Of a DNA stretch of 49,637 bases, positions 22,834 to 33,217 are shown piece after piece. Both the position numbers and the translations under genes were made by a program. The stretch is from Nemertoderma westbladi (lineage: Eukaryota; Animalia; Xenacoelomorpha). The notes beneath the pieces were generated by a model, which saw only the letters and a list, made by a program, of their open reading frames with translations, ran no database searches and was not told where the DNA came from. Within the stretch, counting starts at the first letter, position 1, and each line of letters starts with the position of its first letter. The stretch is from positions 1 to 49,637 of the forward strand of contig JAUCBJ010002329.1 in NCBI GenBank assembly GCA_032718475.1. The letters are read 5' to 3'.

Positions 22834-23216
22834 TTAGACAATTGAATGAAATGTTACAATGTGTTATATCTTATATGTTACAATGTGTTATATCTTAAAT
22901 GTTACTCTGCTATATGTATATGTATATGTGTTAATATTAAAAATATGAAAATAGTCGACTATATTTCATTTTTCTTTTTCAACTTTGGATAAATAATATA
23001 GGGGTTAAACAAAGAACATCAAAACAGTTAAACAGTTACATTTAACATTTAGACAGTAAACAGTAACAGTAAACATTTACATGACCAGTTGCGGTGAATG
23101 GGGGCTTTTATAGAGGGAGGCTAGAATGGAGTTGTGAAAAAAGAATAATCTATTGTAAACCAGATGTTTCTTGAATTTTTCTCAGGCGTATTTAACAATA
23201 AAGTGGGTGAAGGTGA

Positions 23217-23739
23217 GGCTGTGGTTGTGGCTGTGGCTGTGGCTGTGGTTGTGGCTGTGGCTGTGGTTGTGGCTGTGGCTGTGGTTGTGGCTGTGGCTGT
23301 GGTTGTGGCTGTGGCTGTGGTTGTGGCTGTGGCTGTGGTTGTGGTTGTGGCTGTGGTTGTGGCTGTGGCTGTGGTTGTGGCTGTGGCTGTGGTTGTGGCT
23401 GTGGCTATGGTTGTGGCTGTGGCTGTGGCTGCGGTTGTGGCTGTGGCTGTGGCTGTGGCTGTGGTTGTGGCTGTGGCTGTGGTTGTGGCTGTGGTTGTGG
23501 CTGTGGCTGTGGCTGTGGTTGTGGCTGTGGCTGTGGCTGTGGTTGTGGTTGTGGCTGTGGTTGTGGCTGTGGCTGGGGCTGTGGCTGTGGCTGTGGTTGT
23601 GGTTGTGGCTGTGGTTGTGGCTGTGGCTGTGGTTGTGGCTGTGGCTGTGGCTGTGGTTGTGGCTGTGGCTGTGGCTGTGGCTGTGGTTGTGGCTGTGGCT
23701 GTGGCTGTGGTTGTGGCTGTGGTTGTGGCTGTGGCTGTG
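23217..23739 (-). repeat. (GTGGCT/GTGGTT)n hexamer array in the right TIR
   Basis: Directly visible. Confidence 0.95.
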
Positions 23740-23808
23740 GGGAGTGCCTCAGGTCTTAAATCAGAGTCTTACAAATTCGAACGTTAACGAACAAATTCGA
23801 ACGTTACT

Positions 23809-23893
23809 GTTCCACCTTGGTGTAGTGGTTGCTTTGAAATCACATCTCCAATAGGTCGTGGGTTCGATCCTCACATGGACCAGGGCAGTTTTT
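23809..23893 (+). ncRNA. tRNA-like Pol III transcription unit in the right TIR
   Basis: A-box-like TGGTGTAGTGG, B box GGTTCGATCC within the stem GTGGG-TTCGATC-CTCAC, 5' GTTCCA able to pair with 3' TGGAC, then TTTTT at 23889-23893. No canonical anticodon arm. Confidence 0.5.
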
Positions 23894-25099
23894 GTTAGAT
23901 CGGCAATAGGCCTAACTATACAAAATGTAGTATTATTGCCTAGCAACCAATTCATAGCTACTGTATGATTTTCACTTTGAGACATTTCACCCTCTAGCAG
24001 CAGACTCGGATCTTCAGACTACTCTGTTACTCCGCAAAAAGATATAGCCTATATTGTAATAGATACCGACTGGGGGGTCAAAATTAAGTAATAATATATC
24101 TAAAAAGTATCAAACACCTTGCCTCATGGCTCGCCCCTCAGAACTCTTAAGCAATATAGCTTCATAGTTTTTAATGAAAACTGGTAAACGAGATTTGTTA
24201 CTTACGCATACCTCGCAGACTTAAGTAATTAATTATACAGTAGGTTACATCGTTTTGGGAGTAGGACCATTGGAAACAGCGCCCTCGAAAACCTCAGTAC
24301 AAATAAAATTAATAAAGATTAACAGGGTATAGCTTGTTATAATAAAACATAAATTATAATATGGTAGAACAATTCGGGTTGTAAATAAAAACAAATTCAA
24401 TAAATTTAAGATAAACTGTATATAACTTATGTATTAAATGAGGGCCTTATTTAATTATGTGCGGTTAGACGCGCGTGGACTGCTTCGCAATACAATGCGA
24501 AAGAATGCAATCTATTGCAAGAGCAGATGTTTATTCTAATTTCTTGGAAGCTGTGGGTTTGAATAATTTAAGCTCTGTGGCAGGCCCCATTCACGCAGGC
24601 CCCATTCACGCATTGATGATTGGGTTAGTCATGCTATGGCTAATAAGAGCCCGAACAGCCACAGATTATTGAGGGGTTGAGCTAGGACCAAACTGGGGCC
24701 ACTTTATTTTGGTGAAAGGGTATATTTATGTTTTGGGCCTCGATTGCGTCTTTATATTTAATTCTATCATTTTATTGTACGGCAAAAATAATACAAATGT
24801 ATTGTATATTGTAATGTACAGTGCCTATTGTATTGTATATTTCATTTGTTATAGTACAATTTATTCATCTCGCGTCCCCCTATCTGATTGATTTGTATCA
24901 AATTAAATTGCCTTTGGCAACATTATTTGATACGAGTCGATTGATTAAACAATTAATTAATTGTTTAATCGACCAATTAATTAATTGATTAATTAATTAA
25001 TGACCTACTTAACACCCAAGGTGTGAAGTTGGTCCAAACTGTCGCCGAAGTAGGGTAAACCATTACTACTAATGTGACATAAAGGTTTACGGTGTAACA

Positions 25100-27985
25100 A
25101 TGTATGATATGAATGCAGATAAGCTTTCTCTTAGTGCAGTGGGTGTTCAAGAGCACCGAATGCAGACTGGACAGACTGATGAGGTTCTGATGAAGGACAT
25201 GGGGGGCGGTTGGCGACTCGCCCTCGCTTCAGCAGATGATAGTGGCAATGGTGGAATTGGTCTATTGATGAATCCAACTGCACATGCAGCATTGGACAAA
25301 ATAGACCAAATCTCTAACCGCATCATCCGTTGCCACTTCTCATGTTCTGGAAGACTGGCTAAGAAGTTTCCTAAGGTGGTTCTGATTGTGTGCTACTCTC
25401 CAACTAGTGTTGCCCCTGTAGAGGAGGTGGAAAATTTCTACCAGAATCTACAAGCAACTACTGATGGAGTGGATCAGCATGCATTCTTAACATTCCTGGG
25501 AGACTTTAATGCAAGTCTGCATCAATCACCTACATCGCCCTGGGTCTATAGCAATAGTGTTAACCGAAATTCCGTCCATCTTCAGGATTTTATCTTTGGA
25601 AATGGATTGTTTTCGGCTGGAACCCAGTTCAAGAAGCGAACTGGAAAGCTATGGACTCATAGTGGACCCAGTGGACACAAGTCCCAGATAGACCATATCC
25701 TCTTTCGTAGGAAATACAGGAGCTCTATACAAGACTGTAATGCATTTACACTACGACCCTTCTCCAGTGATCACCGCCTTATTGTGGCCAAGGTAAGACT
25801 TAGTCTGCGTGCTAGCAGAACAACGAAATCTGCCTTGCCGCAGCATGACTGGTCCTCTCTGTTGCAACAGCCAAGTGTGAGATCCAGCTTCACACTACAG
25901 CTGAGCAACAGGTATGAGGCTCTTGCCTCTGAGGCGGCAGATCACTGTGAGGGCTATACTGCCTTCACAAAGGCAGTTAAGTTAGCAGCTGCAGAAACAG
26001 TTCCTGTATACCCTCGAAACAGGAAACGGGCACCCTGGACTGATAACAAAATTCAGAAGTGCCGAAATGACCTCTACAAGGCGCAGAAAGAGTCCCGACT
26101 CAAACAGACTACAGCGGCCAAGAATGCAGTTAAGGCTGCATCTAGGTCCCTGAACAGGCAGTACTCTGTTAATTTACAGGAGCTAATAAACCAACAGGTT
26201 GATGCCATCAATGATGCCGACGACAGCAGGCAATCGTCCCAGGCATGGAGATCGATCAACTTGCTTGCTGGTCGAAAAAGCCAACCAACCACCAAGGTTA
26301 AGGCTGAATCACCAGCCGATCGCCTCAATGGTTGGAAGGCCCACTTTGAAAAGCTCCTCAATAATGACAGGGTATTGCCTGATAACTTTATAGAAGTAAA
26401 AGTGTCTGAGTCTGTACTCCCAGATATTCCCATTGGCGATATCTCCTTTGCAGAAGTGAAGGCTGCTGCAAAGAGCATTAAGACCAATCGTGCCAGTGGA
26501 GTAGATGGTGTTCCCCCTGAGGTCTTTAAAATACCTGAGTGTTTAAAGCTAATCTATCCCATCATAGTAGACATGTACCGTACAACAAGAGTCCCACAAG
26601 AACTGAAAACAAATAAGTTGGTGCCAGTTCCCAAGAAGGGCAACCTAACACTCTATGGTTCTTTTCGGGGGATCTCATTGATCTCGATTGCTGCAAAGCT
26701 ATACAATAGAATTCTATTAAATCGCATCAGGGATCCCATTGAGAGACTGCTCCGTGGAAATCAGAATGGGTTCCGTAAAGGTCGTGGGACCATGGAGCCC
26801 ATTTTGGCACTTAGAAGGATAATTGAAGAGTTATCAAAAAAGAAAGACAGGCATCTGGCTGTTATCTTTGTTGACTTCTTCAAGGCCTTTGATTCAGTCT
26901 CTCGCTCACGTATGTTCAGCATACTTTCATTATATGGTATTCCTGATGAAATTATTGCAGCAATCAGATCAGTATACGATGGTTCGACAACATTTGTGTC
27001 TACTGTTGACGGTGACACAGAACCATTTGAAGTGTTATGGGGCGTCCTCCAGGGAGACACACTTGCACCATTCTTGTTCATAATTGTTGTTGACTATGTT
27101 CTACGCATGTCCTTAGATCATCATAATGATGATGGGGTTATGATAACTCCACCTACTGGCTCCAGAAGTCGAGGAAATCCTGCCAAGTACCTAACTGATC
27201 TAGACTTTGCTGATGACTTAGGAGTACTCTCAGAATCACTAGAGGGAGCCCAACGGCTCCTCAGCTCATTAGAACATGCTGCTTCTAGTGTTGGTCTTTT
27301 TATTAACTCCAGAAAGACCAAAATTTTGACAGTTAACTTTGAAAGTCCTCAGCAAGTCTCTGATCGGATGAGCATAAGCTCAAAAGATGGTATGCTTGAG
27401 CATGTGGATGACTTCTGTTACCTGGGATCATGGATCCGGAAGTCAGGTGAGGACCTTCGAATACGTAAGGGAAAGGCATGGGCAGCCTTGAATAGGCTTT
27501 CCAGGATTTGGAAGTCACCGAGAATTAATCGGAAACTTAAGGTCCGGTTATTTAGAGCAGCAGTAGTTCCAGTACTCCTCTATGGGAGTCCATGCTGGGC
27601 TCTAACTGCTGAGGACACCAAATCTCTGGATGGCACATTCACAAGAATGCTACGCCGGGTTCATTGTGTCAAGTACAATGCACACATCTCCAACCAGACA
27701 CTATATAACATTGGAGGTGTCTCATTGGTTCCCCCAAGCTTGACACTAGAACAAAATCGCCTCCGCTTTGCAGGACATTGCTTTCGCCGTGAGGACCAGC
27801 CAGTGCATAATCTTGTACTTTGGCAGCCTCATGGAGTGAATAAGCATGGTGGACAGCCCATGACTTTCTTGAGACGCATCTTAAAGGACACTGGCCTTGA
27901 AGATGCGGATGATCTAGCAAATGTCATGGGTGATAGGGAGTTGTGGCGGTGCAATTTTGTCGATAAGCCGGCACAGCATTCTTAG
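25100..27985 (+). CDS. LINE ORF2, endonuclease plus reverse transcriptase (961 aa, open; the N-terminal EN motif is missing)
   Basis: APE motifs VQEHR, GDFNA, IDHILF, SDH; RT motifs PKKG, FRGISL, QNGFRKGR, FVDFFKAFDSV, GVLQGDTLAPFLF, FADD, YLGS. The first ATG lies in the flanking satellite/TSD. Confidence 0.92.
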   Translation: MYDMNADKLSLSAVGVQEHRMQTGQTDEVLMKDMGGGWRLALASADDSGNGGIGLLMNPTAHAALDKIDQISNRIIRCHFSCSGRLAKKFPKVVLIVCYSPTSVAPVEEVENFYQNLQATTDGVDQHAFLTFLGDFNASLHQSPTSPWVYSNSVNRNSVHLQDFIFGNGLFSAGTQFKKRTGKLWTHSGPSGHKSQIDHILFRRKYRSSIQDCNAFTLRPFSSDHRLIVAKVRLSLRASRTTKSALPQHDWSSLLQQPSVRSSFTLQLSNRYEALASEAADHCEGYTAFTKAVKLAAAETVPVYPRNRKRAPWTDNKIQKCRNDLYKAQKESRLKQTTAAKNAVKAASRSLNRQYSVNLQELINQQVDAINDADDSRQSSQAWRSINLLAGRKSQPTTKVKAESPADRLNGWKAHFEKLLNNDRVLPDNFIEVKVSESVLPDIPIGDISFAEVKAAAKSIKTNRASGVDGVPPEVFKIPECLKLIYPIIVDMYRTTRVPQELKTNKLVPVPKKGNLTLYGSFRGISLISIAAKLYNRILLNRIRDPIERLLRGNQNGFRKGRGTMEPILALRRIIEELSKKKDRHLAVIFVDFFKAFDSVSRSRMFSILSLYGIPDEIIAAIRSVYDGSTTFVSTVDGDTEPFEVLWGVLQGDTLAPFLFIIVVDYVLRMSLDHHNDDGVMITPPTGSRSRGNPAKYLTDLDFADDLGVLSESLEGAQRLLSSLEHAASSVGLFINSRKTKILTVNFESPQQVSDRMSISSKDGMLEHVDDFCYLGSWIRKSGEDLRIRKGKAWAALNRLSRIWKSPRINRKLKVRLFRAAVVPVLLYGSPCWALTAEDTKSLDGTFTRMLRRVHCVKYNAHISNQTLYNIGGVSLVPPSLTLEQNRLRFAGHCFRREDQPVHNLVLWQPHGVNKHGGQPMTFLRRILKDTGLEDADDLANVMGDRELWRCNFVDKPAQHS

Positions 27986-28028
27986 AAATGCAGCTGCAAT
28001 GCAGCATGCCGATCCTAGTAGTAGTAGT
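25104..28028 (+). mobile_element. 5'-truncated non-LTR retrotransposon (APE-RT LINE, RTE-like) with (AGT)n tail
   Basis: Short 3' UTR with stem-loop GCTGCA-A-TGCAGC and AGTAGTAGT tail; flanked by ACGGTGTAACAATGT at 25089-25103 and 28029-28043 (apparent TSD within the 28-bp satellite). Confidence 0.9.
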
Positions 28029-28551
28029 ACGGTGTAACAATGTTACATAAAGGTTTGCGGTGTAACAATGTTACATAAAGGTTTACGGTGTAACAATGTT
28101 ACATAAAGATTACGGTGTAACAATGTTACAGAAAGGTTTACGGTGTAACAATGTTACATAAAGGTTACGGTGTAACAATGTTACATAAAGGTTTACGGTG
28201 TAACAATGTTACATAAAGGTTTACGGTGTAACAATGTTACATAAAGGTTTACGGTGTAACAATGTTACATAAAAGTTTACGGTGTAACAATGTTACATAA
28301 AGGTTTACGGTGTAACAATGTTACATAAAGGTTTACGGTGTAACAATGTTACATAAAGGTTTGCGGTGTAACAATGTTACATAAAGGTTTACGGTGTAAC
28401 AATGTTACATAAAGATTACGGTGTAACAATGTTACAGAAAGGTTTACGGTGTAACAATGTTACATAAAGGTTACGGTGTAACAATGTTACATAAAGGTTT
28501 ACGGTGTAACAATGTTACATAAAGGTTTACGGTGTAACAATGTTACATAAA
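28029..28551 (+). repeat. 27-28-bp satellite (GGTTTACGGTGTAACAATGTTACATAAA)n
   Basis: About 19 copies, each with the internal palindrome TGTAACA-A-TGTTACA. The same unit occurs at 25071-25103 and 35348-35722. Confidence 0.95.
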
Positions 28552-28744
28552 TTTAATTTAATTTAATTGATATTCGTACATATGAATAAACGATAGACAT
28601 AGTACACGGTACGTAGACATATTATTAGTAAAGTAGCACAATATTAATGACGTAGGCCTATGTAATGAATAACTGACAGAACACGCAGTAAATGACACGG
28701 CATCGAACAAAATAATTATAGGCAATAATATAAAGAATATTTAA

Positions 28745-29820
28745 CTAACATGTAGTAATATAATTAAGGATATCAGTAATCTCATCAACATTAAAACCAG
28801 GTATATCAATATTGCTACAACGACAATTAATTAATTCCCTACACAATTCTAATTTCCATCTATCAGCTACATCAAAAGGAACGTAGTTCAACTTATTAAC
28901 GTGCGTAACATTGATCGAGTTAATGAGAGGTATTTTACACAGATTTGCGATAGAACGTAAATTGCACCCACTTCGCGAACGACAATCATATAAAAATAAT
29001 TTTGCTAAATAACGAATGCTTGATTTTTCAGACTGCACTAAACTGGTACAAAATCTTATAAAACGTGAATATAACATAATACTGGGGTGTTTAAACTGCA
29101 TTAAATTTTCTACAATATATCTATGTGATGTAAAAGGCAATCTAAAAATAATCCTAATATTAATATTCCATGAACTGTATATACGAGTACACGATGCAGA
29201 AAAAAGATCCCATAATAATTACTACCGTAGAAGGATGTGCAATAAATACGCTGAATATTACTCAAAACATACGGATCAGAAAAATAGAATTCTTGTCGAA
29301 GTACATTGAGCTTTCCTATAAATTTTCCCCGTTTTCGTATAATATCAGACTCCATTGTGTTCTGGAAATCTAACATGTTTCCTAGATGCAACGCCTCCCT
29401 GACCCAAGGAAGTGGTCTCCCGTTCAGCATTACTGACGCTGTGGGTTTAAACCACACTCTCCCAAAAGGAATGCATTTGGATTTGGATTTATCCGGATTC
29501 GGGTTTGTACTAAACACGAGATGGTTTTCGGTTGCGAACTCCTCGCATAACTTCACCATAAACCGTAGTCCCACTATGGAAGGGCATAAAAGGAGAAGAT
29601 CATCTGCGTAGCCGAAAATACCAAAATAAAAAGAACCAATATAACAGCCAACTTTAGATGACCTCAGTTTTGATATTAATTTATCCAATATAATACAGAA
29701 CAGAATCGGAGATGCCACTGAACCTTGACGAACTCCGTTCGTTAACGTAAATGACTCGGAATGGAAGCTGTTCCAGCGGACGCAACATGTTTGATTACTA
29801 TAGATCCATAGCAGGGTTCG
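28745..29820 (-). pseudogene. C-terminal half of the LINE RT, with a frameshift near 29215
   Basis: GVRQGSVASPILF, GYADDLLLL, LHLG; FYGSN continues as LWDLFS...LPFTSHRY in the frame of ORF 28745-29140. Confidence 0.85.
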
Positions 29821-30780
29821 TGTTGGAAGAGACGTACCTAATACCTGCAATATCCTACTGTAAAGTCTGTGAATCAAATCATAAATCCGACCTTCTCACC
29901 AAAACAGTAAACTCTAAGTAAGCAAAACTATTGCAGTATTAGTCTCTTATAACCGGTGAGGCAGAAAACAGTCTACGAACGGACAAACTTCGATAAAACA
30001 AAATCCCGCGCAGCGAATCCTAAAATCAGGCTGACTCACTGACGGACTAAGGGCGCTCGTATACTTTGCCGCGGTGTGATTTATATGGTTGGGATAGTGA
30101 GACGCTAGCTAGGTGCAGAGATGTCTAACTAGCGGGCAAAGTGCAGTACGGACAAAAATTATTTTATATATTTTGAGGTGTAAATAATTTCTAACGCGTG
30201 TGTGTCTTGATTCTAACAGTCAAAAATCGGTTTTAGATCCTTCACATATATAATTACTGGGTCCGGTGTGCATTTTACAAATATTCTAATTTTGTAGCTT
30301 GTAGGTCCAATACTCACGAATGATAAGGCTCCTTCCCCTTTTGTGTATTTCCAGGACTCAAATTCAGGCATAAGGTTAATACTACGCCCAGAATTCGGCA
30401 ATTTAATTTACCAGGTCCCTAATACTAAGAAGAAATATGTTAGTTTACTACAGTAGGCGTACTGTTACAAAATAGCTAGCCTGGCGTCCTATCTAGAATT
30501 TTGGTTGCCTAGGTGGGCACGGCAACTTCCTATCAGAATGTCGGTGGGGACACGGTAGATGTTAGTATCCCAAATAGCCTCAATTTATTTGCGCCTAGCA
30601 ATAAACTGCCCTACCGCCTGAACGGTACAATCCCAATTCAGGTAAAAACACAGTAACCCTTCCTGGCCTACAAGTTCTAATGCAAATGGACACAGTTGTA
30701 CTACAAACAAGCCACCGACGCACCTATACTTAGCAAGAGTTAGGCGTACAGCTTGCTGCACCCTACCAATGTGTATGCCT

Positions 30781-32261
30781 TGTGGGGCGAGCCACGAAGT
30801 GAGTGAGCCTTAGCGTAGTGGTACCATTAATCAACCTGTCGTTCTGTCGTTCTGTCGTTCTGTCGTTCTGTCGTTCTGTCGTGTTCAATTTTAAACGTTA
30901 ATAACTCGGCCAATCTTTGATGAAATCTATCCAAACTTGGTACACATGTTGTTTGGCAAAAGTTTAGAAATTTTCCAAGTAGAATTTCAGTGTGGCCTTC
31001 GAGAAGCTAAGATAATAGCAGTTAATTAGTTAATTAAGTTATTACGGTAAAAACACCATTTTCAACCTGCCTTTTAAAGGAAATTAATTGTTTTACAGTA
31101 TAAGATTTAAATAATTATAATTAAAAATTATACAGATGTAATCCCCATACGCCATTCTATTATAGTTTTTAATTAGTTCAAGTGATTTGCTTTAATAATT
31201 GTGTCTTTAATTGATCTAAAGTAATTAAATAATCCCCCTGGCTGGGAGTTGTTGCTAAGACTAACCAGAGAGGAATAGTAATAGACAACCAGCATTGCTA
31301 TTCCAGCCCAGACAGCATTCTTTAAATTCACTATAAATGTTGTATTGCTATCTCAGGTGAATGACAGATATCATAACATAAATACTATCCATGGCATGGC
31401 TGTTGTGTAGGCTTCTGAAATAGTTTATTCCACAATGTATATGTCTGGTTATTTTTTAATTGAATTTTTGCAAAGTAGTAAAATTAATGTTCTTAAAAAT
31501 AATATTATTATTTTATATGTAACCTAGGAAATTAGCTACATTTTTTCGCTGCAGCTTTAAGAGTGTACATTAATTTAATATTATTTCAATACCCATATTA
31601 CTACATCGGCATAAGATGCGTTGGCGTTGTATCACACATCTCCACATATCACACATATCCACATTGATGTATCAACAGTTACTCGCACAGTTTCGAAACT
31701 TCGCATAGTTATAACTGTATAAAGATCGTCAGTCTGCGTTTAGGAAAAATATTTTATAACAAAACAGGACAAGCGACGAGCGCAACGAGGCATATAATGA
31801 AGACGAGTACTGCGTTGACTAAATTATTATATAAACCACCTGGCTTCACATATTGATCGCATCCCTAGTTATTATTATTATAAAGAACGTCCTAGCCTGC
31901 GTTTAAGAAATATATTTAAATACAAAACAGGACGAACGCAACGAGGCTTATAATGAATACGAGTACTGCGTTTATTATATTCCTATAAACCACCTGGCTT
32001 TGCATATTGAACGTGCGATTGGAAATAAGTTCGTGCTACCCTTCCGTGGGTGGTAGATGTCGCGGTTATGTATTGGTGGTTGGGAAGGGTGGGGGGGGGG
32101 GGGGATTAAAAGGGGTGAACACGTACTGTCCCCCTTTCTTTGATTGATTGGTGGTGTGGGTAAATTTCTCAAAACCTGATTTTGTGATACAGTCGCTCAA
32201 TTTTAATTTGTATCTCATAACTGGGCCTCGTGCTGCGCGAAGGCCCCACGAACGTGTACTG
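30781..32261 (-). mobile_element. ~1.5-kb non-coding DNA element with 8-bp TSD (copy 2)
   Basis: Reverse complement of 11660-13222; flanked by GTATGCCT (30773-30780) and GTGTGCCT (32262-32269). Confidence 0.85.
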
Positions 32262-33004
32262 GTGTGCCTGCGTCCTATCTGTGTACTAGTATCTTTCTGC
32301 CTGATCTCCTCTCCCCTGTAGGAATGTGAAGGTCTACTGCGGGTTTTTTCTGAATTAAGACAGTACAGTCCCTAGATGTAAATTTTAGCGCACAGCGTGT
32401 CAATACCTCTACCTTCGATCTTAGGTCTTACACTTAGGTAACGAGGCATCGAACGCTGTCTAACCTTTCAGGCGATGGGCGAATAACTAAGAATGGATAT
32501 TGCGGGTTGTCTCCTTCCTACATTCCTCCGATGTTCCTGTCTATTGCTGCGGTCCGATGTTTAGCCTGCCATCTGTCCCTCAGTTGGGTTCACCGTGGTG
32601 AAGCATAGTAAAACAGATGTAACAAATATTTCTAACTTTATTACGAATAACTTTATACAATAAATGTAACAAGAAATAATGTCGCTATCTAACAATATCT
32701 AATACTAATACTATCTAATCGGTATACAATGAGATAAGTAAGAAGAAAGATAACAAGTAGTAAAGATTGATAACTAATGAACAAATCGCACCTTTTATAG
32801 CAAATTTGTGCTGCTAACAATCTAGATAGATCTCGATTGTTCTATGAGTTCTACTAGGTTTTTAAAGATAATCATTGGTCCAGCAAACACGTATCTTGCA
32901 CGACATTGGTTACTATCTAATAACTGCAATCACATTGGTTAATCTACCTTGAGCAGATACAATTAAATCGTAGCGGTTAATTCAAATGAGTTGAAACTTA
33001 GCAC

Positions 33005-33088
33005 AAAAAATAATTCACACTTACTAGGATTCGAACACGATACCTACTAAACGAATTTCTAACGCTTAACCGACTGAGCTACTGAACC
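33005..33088 (-). ncRNA. tRNA-derived sequence with Pol III boxes inside the putative solo LTR
   Basis: Minus strand GGTTCAG-TAGCTCAGTCGG (A box)...GTTCGAATCC (B box), followed by TTTTTT; the stems are degenerate. Confidence 0.4.
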
Positions 33089-33217
33089 ACTTGAACAATG
33101 TTATACAAATAGATATGGTAAATGCAAATAAGGACTTAATGTAATCTTTATAGAAAGTTAATTCGAACAAAATAAAATTTTGAAAATCCACGGCATTTAT
33201 GAGAATATAATTCTATA

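Larger units (their letters stand above)
19994..25070. mobile_element. 5.1-kb palindromic element with ~1.96-kb TIRs and AGTAGT...ACTACT ends; probable non-autonomous Polinton/Maverick derivative
   Basis: 19994-21950 is the reverse complement of 23090-25070. Termini are 5'-AGTAGTAATGG and CCATTACTACT-3'; short tandem-repeat AG..CT ends and long TIRs are known Polinton hallmarks. The 1.14-kb core has a single ORF, and no pPolB, integrase or capsid genes are present. Confidence 0.7.
23090..25070 (-). repeat. Right terminal inverted repeat
   Basis: Reverse complement of 19994-21950. Confidence 0.95.
29821..33217. mobile_element. Probable solo LTR (~1.9 kb excluding the nested element) inserted into the LINE RT
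   Basis: 5-bp TSD GTTCG (29816-29820 and 33218-33222); starts TGTTGGAA and ends TTCTATA (degenerate TG..CA inverted ends); no coding capacity. Confidence 0.65.

Noticed and set aside
22137-22841. Antisense 234-aa Ser/Leu/Phe-rich ORF
   Set aside because: It is the shadow of the GA-rich sense ORF and has no ATG start.
21208-23854. Poly-CG, poly-WL and poly-VA ORFs
   Set aside because: They are translations of the hexamer arrays in the TIRs.
23809-23882. A canonical tRNA gene call
   Set aside because: No proper D-stem or anticodon stem-loop can be drawn, so it is reported only as tRNA-like.
11660-32261. A ~20-kb composite transposon bounded by the two inverted 1.5-kb copies
   Set aside because: Each copy has its own separate 8-bp TSD, and copy 2 is nested inside a solo LTR inside a LINE, so they are independent insertions.
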